From Candidatus Bathyarchaeia archaeon (lineage in GTDB: Archaea > Thermoproteota > Bathyarchaeia > 40CM-2-53-6), in the NCBI GenBank assembly GCA_050013255.1, contig JBEKFP010000001.1, positions 1 through 64,000 of the forward strand: 64,000 nt of DNA, in the 5' to 3' direction. A program made the translations under genes and the position numbers. Below are positions 41,071 to 49,668 of this stretch, in pieces. Numbering within the stretch: the first letter of the stretch is position 1; every line of letters begins with the position of its first letter. Under the pieces are notes generated by a model. It made no database searches and was not told the origin of the DNA. It saw nothing but the letters and a program-made list of their open reading frames with translations.

Positions 41071-42153
41071 CTACTTTCGATATCCTCGCACGATATTGGT
41101 AGCAGCTATTCGTGAGCGATCCGCGGACCTACGGAGGTGTTCTAGAGTTTCTTGTGGACGATAAGAAAGCTTCGCCTCTTCACCATCATTCAACCACTCA
41201 AGATATGATGCATTATTGAGGGTCGCTTCAGTGGCATAGATAGCTCCTTTTGGAGGGACTGCATCAGGAAATGATTCCGCGAGAGAAGCCATAGCAATCT
41301 GATAATCCGTAGTGATAGGAATTTCGATGAATGGAGGAGCAAATCTGTTTCCTCGTTTCAATCCGTCAACAGCTAACTCTGCCACCTTGGATAGTGGAAC
41401 CGGAAGATTGGCCAGTTCCGCTGCAGTCTCAGCGGCTCTAATTGCCAGTTTGAAATCTTCACGTTTCACAAGGCTTTCAATCGCTCTTTCCATCCTGCGC
41501 AATAACACGTCCGGTTTGCGAACTAAGCCCAGTTTTCCCGAGAGATTAACTACGGTTGAATATTCGCTCGACTCTATGATTTTCCAAAACAGACCGCGTA
41601 TGTTTGCCTCAGAAACTTGTCCAACCACCTCAGTCCCTCCAACAAGAGATGGGTTGTATCTTGATGCAATGAGTGCCAATTCAGCCAATCTGTATCGTGC
41701 CTCACCATGAAACAATCCTGGATCGATTATTGGGATGAACTCCATCATATGGGTCAAGTCATAGCATGCGACAGAGGCTCCGTATTTGCAGCCAAGAGCA
41801 AGGTTGTACAAGGCGTTTAGCGCAAAAGTCACAAAAGTGTCTTCTGGCCACTTCGATGCCTGTTTCCCAATTGGCATTAGGTAATCGCGAACGCGGGACA
41901 GTATTTTTCCATCCTCATCGATCAGTCTTATTCGATTTCGACGAGTGGTTGGTACTTGCTGCAGGGCCTCAGCAACCCTTTCTCTTTCATTTGACCCTGG
42001 AACAGGAACGAGAATCTGATCTGCTCCCAATGATGTAAGTAGGATCGCAGACGAATTGAGGGTGGACGCTTTTACAGGTTTGCCTCCCAATTCTCCCAGA
42101 ACGTCTTTGTGTTCAAGAACTACCGGATTTTCCAACTCCCACGCCCCTCGCAC
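41071..42153 (-). CDS. hypothetical protein, paralogue of 38013-39086
   Basis: 360-aa ORF alignable by eye over its full length with the paralogue. Confidence 0.85.
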   Translation of the reverse strand: MRGAWELENPVVLEHKDVLGELGGKPVKASTLNSSAILLTSLGADQILVPVPGSNERERVAEALQQVPTTRRNRIRLIDEDGKILSRVRDYLMPIGKQASKWPEDTFVTFALNALYNLALGCKYGASVACYDLTHMMEFIPIIDPGLFHGEARYRLAELALIASRYNPSLVGGTEVVGQVSEANIRGLFWKIIESSEYSTVVNLSGKLGLVRKPDVLLRRMERAIESLVKREDFKLAIRAAETAAELANLPVPLSKVAELAVDGLKRGNRFAPPFIEIPITTDYQIAMASLAESFPDAVPPKGAIYATEATLNNASYLEWLNDGEEAKLSYRPQETLEHLRRSADRSRIAATNIVRGYRK

Positions 42154-42238
42154 TACCCGATATCAAGCTAGGCTCTACTCGTTCTCCTCTGAATAGAGAT
42201 TTCCATTCAGCTCAAATCTTGAATCGTCGTCCGTCTAA

Positions 42239-42334
42239 GTGTGTGTGTGCGCACCATTAGAGCCACACACACAAAATAACGCCTGAACTGACGGTTCAAA
42301 TCACTATCAGTACCACACACACGAAACGCGCACC
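42239..42334 (+). repeat. site E
   Basis: GTGTGTGTGTGCGCACCATTAGAGCCACACACAC...ACGGTTCAAATCACTATCAGTACCACACACAC. Confidence 0.85.
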
Positions 42335-42459
42335 TCTTTTGATTGGGAATCAATCATAGGGCTGAAGATTTCGCACTGGTGGTTTGTTTATTCACAGTTG
42401 AGAATTGTTCATCGCGAAATCCGGCTTCGACAAGCCCTCCTGTCGTCGGGGACGTTAGG

Positions 42460-43896
42460 CTATAATCGATCAAGAACTGGGTGGTGCAGCCCCTCGTGAA
42501 GCGTCTTCTCCCAGAATCTTGCACCCCGTAGCATCTGCCAAAGGGCTCTGAGAACCGGTAGACCCCAGAGAATCCAATAGAACATTATCGTGGAAACTGC
42601 GAGTCCGTAGTAATGTACTTTCTCCGTTATTCCATTGACCGTTTTGCCAACCGTTGCGGCAATTCCCCGAACTGTCAGTAAGATGTGCCACAATAATAGA
42701 AGCATGTTGAAAGTGCTGAGGGTGGCAAGCCACGGGTTGTCCACAACGGGGAGGAGTGAAGTTGGCAGCGAAATTCCTGAGGCTAACTGAATTGGCAAAA
42801 GAATAGCGACCAGCAAAGATAGCACCATCAATGGGTAGCCTATTATTGAGAGAAAAGGAACGAAGAAACCGAGCAGATAGTAGAACATAAGAAAACCGAT
42901 TCCAAACCGCCGTCTAAGTGGGAAATCTCTCCAGTACTTTCCTAGTCGCCCCACGGTGTAGAGAGTGCCCCGTATCCAGCGCGTTCGCTGATTAGCCCAT
43001 CCACCTTCGTTCCGTGTCCTCAGCAGCGTCCTAGGTGCCTCTTCATAGGTATCCACGTCGATAATGCCAACCCGATAGCCGTATCCGTAGAGTCGAAGCC
43101 CAAGCTCCAAATCCTCCGTAACGTTCGTTGGGTCCCACCCTCCAAGGGAATTCAAGACATCACGGCGGATGTAGTAGCAGGTTCCCCCAAGAGCCACTGG
43201 AAGACCTCTCATCCGAACCTTTGGAAGAAGCCATGCAAACCAAAATGCATAGTCCCCGACGGACTGAAGCGACAACCAACTGTCCCTGTAATTGATGAAC
43301 CTAAGCCTTCCTTGGACAGCGTCGAACCCATTAACTTGCAGACACTGAGCTGCCTTTCGAAAAACCAAAGGATCACCTTGCACATCCTCAGCATCAACCA
43401 CTGTCACTATCTCGCCTGTGGCCATTGGCAATGCGTAAGTGAGGGCTCGCGGCTTCGAATCAGGCAACTGCTCCGCGTCAATATCAGCCCATTTGGCTCC
43501 TCGTTGTCTGACTTGGGAGATAAGTAGGTTCCATGATGGATCGCTATTGTTTGGAACCACAAGATGGGTCACGCCTAATTCTCGCGACATCCGGTCCGCT
43601 ATTACGCCTGTGTTCATGTCATCAGAATCCGTAACTAGCAATATCTCCTTCTTTTCGACGGGATAATCCAGAGAGGTGAGTGAGAGAAGACTGCGCCTAA
43701 GGACCGATTCTGGCTCATTCCTTGCTGCAAGAATAGCAGTTATTCTTGGCAGGTCCGCCGACCCGTCCGGAAGAGGATTCGCTGCGTCAACGAAAAGTCG
43801 TTCACGGCCTGAACACCCTAAGAAGAAGATCTTGGCGTTCCAAACCAAATAGAGAATCTGTGTTACAACTATGAAAAGGAGTACGTCAGCAGGCAC
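42460..43896 (-). CDS. processive membrane GT2 glycosyltransferase (cellulose-synthase-like)
   Basis: KPRAL, DAED, TED, QRTRW; C-terminal TM helices. Confidence 0.9.
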   Translation of the reverse strand: MPADVLLFIVVTQILYLVWNAKIFFLGCSGRERLFVDAANPLPDGSADLPRITAILAARNEPESVLRRSLLSLTSLDYPVEKKEILLVTDSDDMNTGVIADRMSRELGVTHLVVPNNSDPSWNLLISQVRQRGAKWADIDAEQLPDSKPRALTYALPMATGEIVTVVDAEDVQGDPLVFRKAAQCLQVNGFDAVQGRLRFINYRDSWLSLQSVGDYAFWFAWLLPKVRMRGLPVALGGTCYYIRRDVLNSLGGWDPTNVTEDLELGLRLYGYGYRVGIIDVDTYEEAPRTLLRTRNEGGWANQRTRWIRGTLYTVGRLGKYWRDFPLRRRFGIGFLMFYYLLGFFVPFLSIIGYPLMVLSLLVAILLPIQLASGISLPTSLLPVVDNPWLATLSTFNMLLLLWHILLTVRGIAATVGKTVNGITEKVHYYGLAVSTIMFYWILWGLPVLRALWQMLRGARFWEKTLHEGLHHPVLDRL

Positions 43897-43934
43897 CTAG
43901 GAACAGCTCAACAGAGAATGATCTCAGATTGGTG

Positions 43935-44429
43935 TCATTTTGCTTTGGGGGAGAAGGGATGGCCGAGCTTCCACGCGATGGCTATGACTGCGAGCTCTAG
44001 TATGAGAGTAAGGTCAATAAGTAGCCCTGGGACCCCGGGAGGGTTTCCGAAACTGACGGACAGGCTGCTAGCGGGGTTAAACAGATAGTCGGCAAACTGC
44101 CCATAGCTTGAGAATCGATAAACTGAGGCTTGCGAGACGTCAGCAAATTGCAAAATGACCCTGAGTACGCACCATATGATCGCAATCGAGAAAACCATCT
44201 TCACCGGTCTAGCAAGAACATAGATCCCAACCGCGATGTCAACAACTACGAATGCTAACAGCGCATAGTAGTGTAGGGTCGCAAAAGTTCGCAGAACATT
44301 ATCAAGAGCCAATAGTGCAATTCCCAAGATGGCGCTAAGGATGAGCAACGCCCCACATGCTTTCGAAGCCCTGGGGCCTTGAGGAACTGACAATTCAACC
44401 CACTTTAGCAAGGAAAGCGGGGGCGTCAT
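43935..44429 (-). CDS. 4-TM membrane protein
   Basis: Hydrophobic helices. Confidence 0.7.
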   Translation of the reverse strand: MTPPLSLLKWVELSVPQGPRASKACGALLILSAILGIALLALDNVLRTFATLHYYALLAFVVVDIAVGIYVLARPVKMVFSIAIIWCVLRVILQFADVSQASVYRFSSYGQFADYLFNPASSLSVSFGNPPGVPGLLIDLTLILELAVIAIAWKLGHPFSPKAK

Positions 44430-44507
44430 ATATATTTATTACTACGCTTGTAGTAGCTTTAATGCATAGCATAGTTTATGAAGTGGAAAGTGTGTTGTGG
44501 CAAAATC

Positions 44508-44885
44508 ATGACAGATTCTGAGTTCCTCAAGGCCTTGACATCAACTGAAGCGATAGACCTTACGGTTAAGGATCAGAAAACTGGACGAAGCAGCTCGAGA
44601 CCAGTTTGGTTTGTCATGGAAAGCGAAAAGCTGTATCTTCTCCCAATGACAGGGTCCGACTCAGAATGGTATAAGAATATACTCGTCAACGCTGAAGTGC
44701 AAATCTCTGCCAGGAGTCCATTAAGAGTGTTAGGGATGAAGGGCAGAAAACTAACCGCGAACACCAAACCGATACAAGCCTCAGAAGTAGCGGACGTGGT
44801 TCAGAAGTTCAAATCGAAATATGGAGCAGCAGAAATTAGCAAGACTTACTCCAAACTTGATGCAGCTGTGCAGGTTCTGATCTAG
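44508..44885 (+). CDS. deazaflavin/F420-dependent nitroreductase-like split-barrel protein
   Basis: IDLTV..KTGR...PVWFV...SEWYKN. Confidence 0.75.
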   Translation: MTDSEFLKALTSTEAIDLTVKDQKTGRSSSRPVWFVMESEKLYLLPMTGSDSEWYKNILVNAEVQISARSPLRVLGMKGRKLTANTKPIQASEVADVVQKFKSKYGAAEISKTYSKLDAAVQVLI

Positions 44886-45067
44886 ACGCATACGAAATAA
44901 AAGTCGTCATCCGGTACATAACTCCGAGTTCCCCATGCTGGGGAGTGACAATATTCGAAGCCAAGAGTGAGGAAGCAGTGTTCAACGCACAACTTCTTTT
45001 GGGCACTGAGGGTCAACCGGTCTCGTTGATCGATGGAGGAGACGTCTGTGTATTGGCGCTGAGAAGC

Positions 45068-45247
45068 TTACTTGCTCTTCATGAGGTCGTAGTCGAGACC
45101 TATCCATATCACGCTGGCCACCCCGATAATTACGCCTGCAGCCAGCCATGGCAGGTACGTATAGCTAGTCCAAGTCCACCATAAATCTGCAATGATAATT
45201 ATGATTCCCATCAAGATTGCAAGGTAGGACTTCGCATTAGTAGTCAT
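45068..45247 (-). CDS. 2-TM microprotein, 59 aa
   Basis: Hand-translated MTTNAKSYLAILMGIIIIIADLWWTWTSYTYLPWLAAGVIIGVASVIWIGLDYDLMKSK. Confidence 0.65.
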   Translation of the reverse strand: MTTNAKSYLAILMGIIIIIADLWWTWTSYTYLPWLAAGVIIGVASVIWIGLDYDLMKSK

Positions 45248-45929
45248 TCAAAATCCAACAAGTGTGTTTGCTTGATCATCGGCTAAAAAATCTTTGGTTA
45301 AGTTGTCCAGACGATCTTGTTTGCAGTTCAAGTCGACAATCCGTTGGCAATCCGATTTTGGAGACGCATACGATGCAGAATCGGAAATAGTCAGGTTCCT
45401 CGGCCAGAAGGAACTGAAGTCTACTGTCTTTAGAAAGATACCTAGTCTGTCACCATCGAATGCCCGTGCACTGTCGGACTCGCCCAAGGTTACTGGTTCG
45501 ATTCCTCGCATGTATAAATACCATCTGTAAAATTCTCTTTGCAGAAGGACAGATTCCAGCTACACGAATGGGCCATGACTGGCTAAGTCTACCGATTGCT
45601 TGTTCATTTTCGCATGCCCCAAAGAGTTCTACTCCGCGTTCCACAGATAATAGACTTTTCAAACAAAATCCCTCCAGCATAATGTAAAGGAAAGTGGGAC
45701 TCTACTTACTACATACGTGCGCGGTAGCTTTCTGCTCGTTGCAATATGCGATTGAGGTTTGCACTCTAACGGAGAGTAGTTAAGGTGGTTTTCGTAGGTA
45801 TTGGTGCGCGGCATGACGTGGATTGACCTGCACCGAGGCGCCTCACGCCAGATGAGGAGATGCATCTCCGCTGACCGCAATAACCCTTATAGTGAATAGG
45901 TGGTTCTTGCCGTCTCGAACGGTGCCCGA

Positions 45930-46526
45930 ATGTCGGAATCTCGGGAATACGTAGCGCCCAGCTGGGACAAGATCTACGAGATGATGGTTGACCTAGCTGT
46001 AAGAATCAGAAAGTCCGGTTTCAAACCAGACCTTATCGTAGGCGTATCTCGGGGCGGTTGGGCCCCTGGTAGAATCCTGTCCGACCTACTGGAGAACACC
46101 CACACGGCTAATGTCAAGATTGAGTTCTACGTGGGCATCGAGAAGACAGGGCGCAAACCCGTCGTTACTCAACCGATTGCCGAGAACATTTCCAATAAGC
46201 ATGTGCTAGTGGTCGACGACGTGGCGGATACCGGGGAAAGCCTCAAAGTCGCTCTTGATCACGTGCGTGAGAAGGGTGCTGGAGAAGTGAAGACGGTAAC
46301 AGTATACTACAAGCCGCACAGCACATTCAAACCAGACTTTTTCGCAGACACGACGAGGAATTGGATAATTTTCCCATGGGAGAGACTGGAGGCCGCGAAG
46401 TTGTTGCTTGAGGAGGCCAAGGCTGAAGGACGAACCCTAGATTCTGTTCGTGGAATATTGAAGAAGTGTGGGGTAGAGGGCAAACTTGCAGACTCGTTGT
46501 TTGAGCTCGCCAACGGCGGTTCCTAG
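45930..46526 (+). CDS. purine phosphoribosyltransferase (HGXPRT-like)
   Basis: VGVSRGG, VLVVDDVADTGES, WIIFPWE. Confidence 0.9.
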   Translation: MSESREYVAPSWDKIYEMMVDLAVRIRKSGFKPDLIVGVSRGGWAPGRILSDLLENTHTANVKIEFYVGIEKTGRKPVVTQPIAENISNKHVLVVDDVADTGESLKVALDHVREKGAGEVKTVTVYYKPHSTFKPDFFADTTRNWIIFPWERLEAAKLLLEEAKAEGRTLDSVRGILKKCGVEGKLADSLFELANGGS

Positions 46527-46529
46527 TCA

Positions 46530-47096
46530 TTGCTATTCGAGATCAAGGACTCAGCAGATTTCGTTTGGATTTCAGCCTTCAACACCAAGCCAGACGGCGT
46601 AGAACGTGTACTACAATCAATCCAGGGGAAGTACCCGGACGTTAGCATTCAGTTAGTAGACTTGGACAACGTGGCAGGATCCCGGTATCTGTTTCTGGCC
46701 ACGTATAATGCCCTCAAATCATTCCGTTCAAAGCAGCCCATCGCGCGCTCGCTCGGCATGGAAATCCTGCTTTACGCCGCTGGAAACAGGCAGATAGGCG
46801 AAGCACTGAAAAACGTTGGCATTACCCCGGCGACTAGAAAGGTTGCCACAATTGCGGTAGGCAAGTCAAGAGTGCAAGTCCTAGAATCTGCTGCCGCTCT
46901 CCGTGATATCCTCAAGAAAGAGGAATCCGACGACTTGATCGACAAGTGGGATCAAGATCGCATTAAGCGCGTTCGATCTGTCTTTGGGATTGGAGACAAG
47001 GAAATTAAGGCATTGCGCCACAAGAATGAAGACGCGGTCAAAGCGCTGGAGCATTTGGCAATTGAAAGGTCCGCTATGCTCGCAATAAAGAAATGA
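46530..47096 (+). CDS. cgi121: KEOPS complex subunit Cgi121
   Basis: ARSLGMEILLYAAGNRQIGEAL...IERSAML. Confidence 0.88.
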   Translation: MLFEIKDSADFVWISAFNTKPDGVERVLQSIQGKYPDVSIQLVDLDNVAGSRYLFLATYNALKSFRSKQPIARSLGMEILLYAAGNRQIGEALKNVGITPATRKVATIAVGKSRVQVLESAAALRDILKKEESDDLIDKWDQDRIKRVRSVFGIGDKEIKALRHKNEDAVKALEHLAIERSAMLAIKK

Positions 47097-47101
47097 AAGC
47101 C

Positions 47102-47629
47102 TCAGGCTTTGTGTTTCTCGCGTTCAATTGAAAGAGTATCATCTGAACTAATTAGGGCAAGTCCTGCCAGGTGGCCGATTACTTCGACCAGGACGATCTT
47201 GTCAGGATTATCCAGATCGACTTTTCGCTCAATACGCTTTGCAATAGTATCGATTATCGTCTTGCTGGATAAATCCGTATGCCGCTTCTCAACCGTAACC
47301 CTGAACTTCTCTCCTGTCCCTATTCCTTCTGCAAGTGCCACAGCAGCTCCAACTATTGCATCGAGGCTACTTTCTACGACTTCTTGAATCGGGACGAGTT
47401 TCAAGGTGTACTTGAATTCCCACGGCCTCTCTTTTAGAAGAACCCGAAGGTCTCGAATTGCTTTGATGGGATCGAGTTTTGTCTCGGCAACGACTAAGCC
47501 TATGACTGAGGTCGTCTCGATTGTTGACCCGCGGTCGCCGACCTCTCCGAGTAGGTACCACATTTCGCTGCACGTGTTCTTCTCGTTGCCCCTGCTGGTC
47601 GAGATGACTAGATCGAAGTCGTTCAGCAA
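47102..47629 (-). CDS. THUMP-domain RNA-binding protein
   Basis: FRVTVEKRH...VDLDNPDKIVLVEV. Confidence 0.88.
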   Translation of the reverse strand: MLNDFDLVISTSRGNEKNTCSEMWYLLGEVGDRGSTIETTSVIGLVVAETKLDPIKAIRDLRVLLKERPWEFKYTLKLVPIQEVVESSLDAIVGAAVALAEGIGTGEKFRVTVEKRHTDLSSKTIIDTIAKRIERKVDLDNPDKIVLVEVIGHLAGLALISSDDTLSIEREKHKA

Positions 47630-47675
47630 CGTGATGCCCCGGTTTCTTGCGAAAGGTAAGCTCGTACCTTAATAG

Positions 47676-48299
47676 CTATCTTGGAGCCATCTCCCGAAGG
47701 CACCGCATTATTTCCGGTTTCCCGATTGGTCCTTCACGTAGAATCGTGAGGTTAGGTTTGGTAAGGTCGACCACCGTTGAGGCTACTCCCAGAGGAGTTG
47801 TACCCCCATCCAAGACTAGGTCAACACGATCTCCAAGTTCCCTAACAACTTGATCTGCAGATACAGCCGGCGAATGCCCGGTGAGATTGGCACTAGTCCC
47901 CACTAAGGCCCCCGAGCACAGGCCGAGGAGGCTCAAGCAGACCGCGTGTTTTGGGGAACGCAAGCCAACTGTCCCAGACGGGACAAGAATTTTCGGGAGA
48001 GCTCCGAGAGCGGGAAGAACAATCGTTAGCGGGCCTGGCCAGAATCTTCGTGCAAGCTTTGTTGCGTGGTCCGAGACTTGGGCGAAGCGTTTCGCGATTT
48101 CTATGTCTTTCACCAATAGGGGCATCGGTTTCGTGCGAGCACCCTTCACTTGCATCGAGCGTTCAACCGCTGAAGCGTCAAACGGGTCGCATCCTAAGCC
48201 GTATACTGTCTCCGTGGGATAACAGATGAGGCCCCCCTTTCGGACCACGTCCGCGGCTGCAGTCAGACCCTCTAGGTCGGCTCTCAAGACACGTACCAA
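47676..48299 (-). CDS. tsaC: threonylcarbamoyl-AMP synthase (TsaC/Sua5 family, single domain)
   Basis: YPTETVYGLG, FWPGPLT, TSANLTG, STVVD, LREG. Confidence 0.92.
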   Translation of the reverse strand: MVRVLRADLEGLTAAADVVRKGGLICYPTETVYGLGCDPFDASAVERSMQVKGARTKPMPLLVKDIEIAKRFAQVSDHATKLARRFWPGPLTIVLPALGALPKILVPSGTVGLRSPKHAVCLSLLGLCSGALVGTSANLTGHSPAVSADQVVRELGDRVDLVLDGGTTPLGVASTVVDLTKPNLTILREGPIGKPEIMRCLREMAPR

Positions 48300-48410
48300 T
48301 GAAATCGACGAACCTAACGGAACAACCAAGGCCGCGAACTGCTTAAAGATTAGTTCTCGAGACTCACCCATTCCGTTCGCAGTTATCGCGGAAGATACGA
48401 GGCTACCGAC

Positions 48411-49370
48411 GTGAAGACCAAGCCTAACAAGATCGTTGTTCATGGTGGAGCGGGATTCTGGAAGAGCGATATCAGAAAGGCTTTGATCGGCGTAAGAAAC
48501 GCAGCGTCCTCTGGGTCGAGGGTTCTAATGGAAGGCGGCTCCGCACTCGATGCTGTCGAAACGGCTGTTTCGGTCATGGAAGATGACCCGATATTCAATG
48601 CTGGCAGAGGCTCATCTCTGACCTTCACCGGGGAGGTTGAGATGGATGCAGCCATAATGGATGGAAAGAACCTTTCTGCAGGCGCCGTCGCACTGGTCAG
48701 GAAAATCAAGAACCCAGTCCATCTGGCCCGCTTAGTCATGGAAAAAACCGACCACGTTCTTGTGGCAGGGCGGACGGCTGAGAGGCTTGCAAAGGCCTAC
48801 TCACTTCCTACAACAAATCCGATAACCTCGAAGAGGCGCCAAATGCTTCTGAAACTAAAGAGAAACCCGCTAGTCGTAGGATCACCCTGGGTCCGGAAGA
48901 ACCCTATATTGCTACGAAATCATCCCGAGATCATTAAACATGACACCGTTGGTGCCGTGGCTATGGATGCGGCAGGCAATTTCGCAGCCGCAGCCTCAAC
49001 GGGTGGGACAACAATGAAGTTGCCCGGCAGAATCGGGGATACCCCACAGATCGGTTCAGGCGTCTATTCAGACAACCTGTGTGGAGCAACAACCGTAACT
49101 GGCTGGGGCGAAGTGGCCATCAAGCTGACCCTTTCGAAAGCTGTGTGCATGGCGATGGAAGGAGGGTTGTCAGCATCTAGGGCAGCAGAACTTGCGGTTG
49201 AGACGGCGTCGAAACGTTTGAAGGGCGACGCTGGCGTAATAGCGATCGACCGCCAAGGGCAACTTGCCGCAGTTCACAATACACCATTCATGCCATGGTC
49301 CTTCTGGGCAACTGGGATGGGGCACCCTAGAACGGCTTCGCGGGGAAAAATAGTGGCTCCGTTGCGTTGA
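48411..49370 (+). CDS. iaaA: isoaspartyl peptidase / L-asparaginase (Ntn hydrolase)
   Basis: VHGGAG, FNAGRG, DTVGAVA, STGG, GRIGDTP. Confidence 0.93.
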   Translation: MKTKPNKIVVHGGAGFWKSDIRKALIGVRNAASSGSRVLMEGGSALDAVETAVSVMEDDPIFNAGRGSSLTFTGEVEMDAAIMDGKNLSAGAVALVRKIKNPVHLARLVMEKTDHVLVAGRTAERLAKAYSLPTTNPITSKRRQMLLKLKRNPLVVGSPWVRKNPILLRNHPEIIKHDTVGAVAMDAAGNFAAAASTGGTTMKLPGRIGDTPQIGSGVYSDNLCGATTVTGWGEVAIKLTLSKAVCMAMEGGLSASRAAELAVETASKRLKGDAGVIAIDRQGQLAAVHNTPFMPWSFWATGMGHPRTASRGKIVAPLR

Positions 49371-49497
49371 GTATCGAGGCAACGAGGGTACCATTTGACA
49401 TCCCGAAAGTCTGCTGCAAAGAATCAAGATTGGCCAAAAGTTTTAAAGTCCCACCTTAGGGGGGTTAAACGAGTTCTTGTTACGGGAGTTTCTTCTC

Positions 49498-49596
49498 TTG
49501 AGTGAAGACGAAAATTGGGATGATGGAGAAGAAGACGACTGGACAGATGACGAATGGGGCGAAGATGATGGCTGGGGAGAAGATGAGGAATGGTGA
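49498..49596 (+). CDS. acidic Trp-repeat microprotein, 32 aa
   Basis: Hand-translated MSEDENWDDGEEDDWTDDEWGEDDGWGEDEEW; TTG start. Confidence 0.6.
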   Translation: MSEDENWDDGEEDDWTDDEWGEDDGWGEDEEW

Positions 49597-49668
49597 CTGA
49601 GCCCCGCATCAAATCGCACTAATGGTTCAGACACCTCAACTGAAGTTTTCTAGCCAAAACAGAGTTGA

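Noticed and set aside
37852-42334. CRISPR array
   Set aside because: Repeats are degenerate, alternate in orientation and are separated by whole genes; no cas genes are present.
37852-42334. Classical integron with attC sites
   Set aside because: No RYYYAAC...GTTRRRY boxes, cassettes are not co-oriented, and there is no intI in the window.
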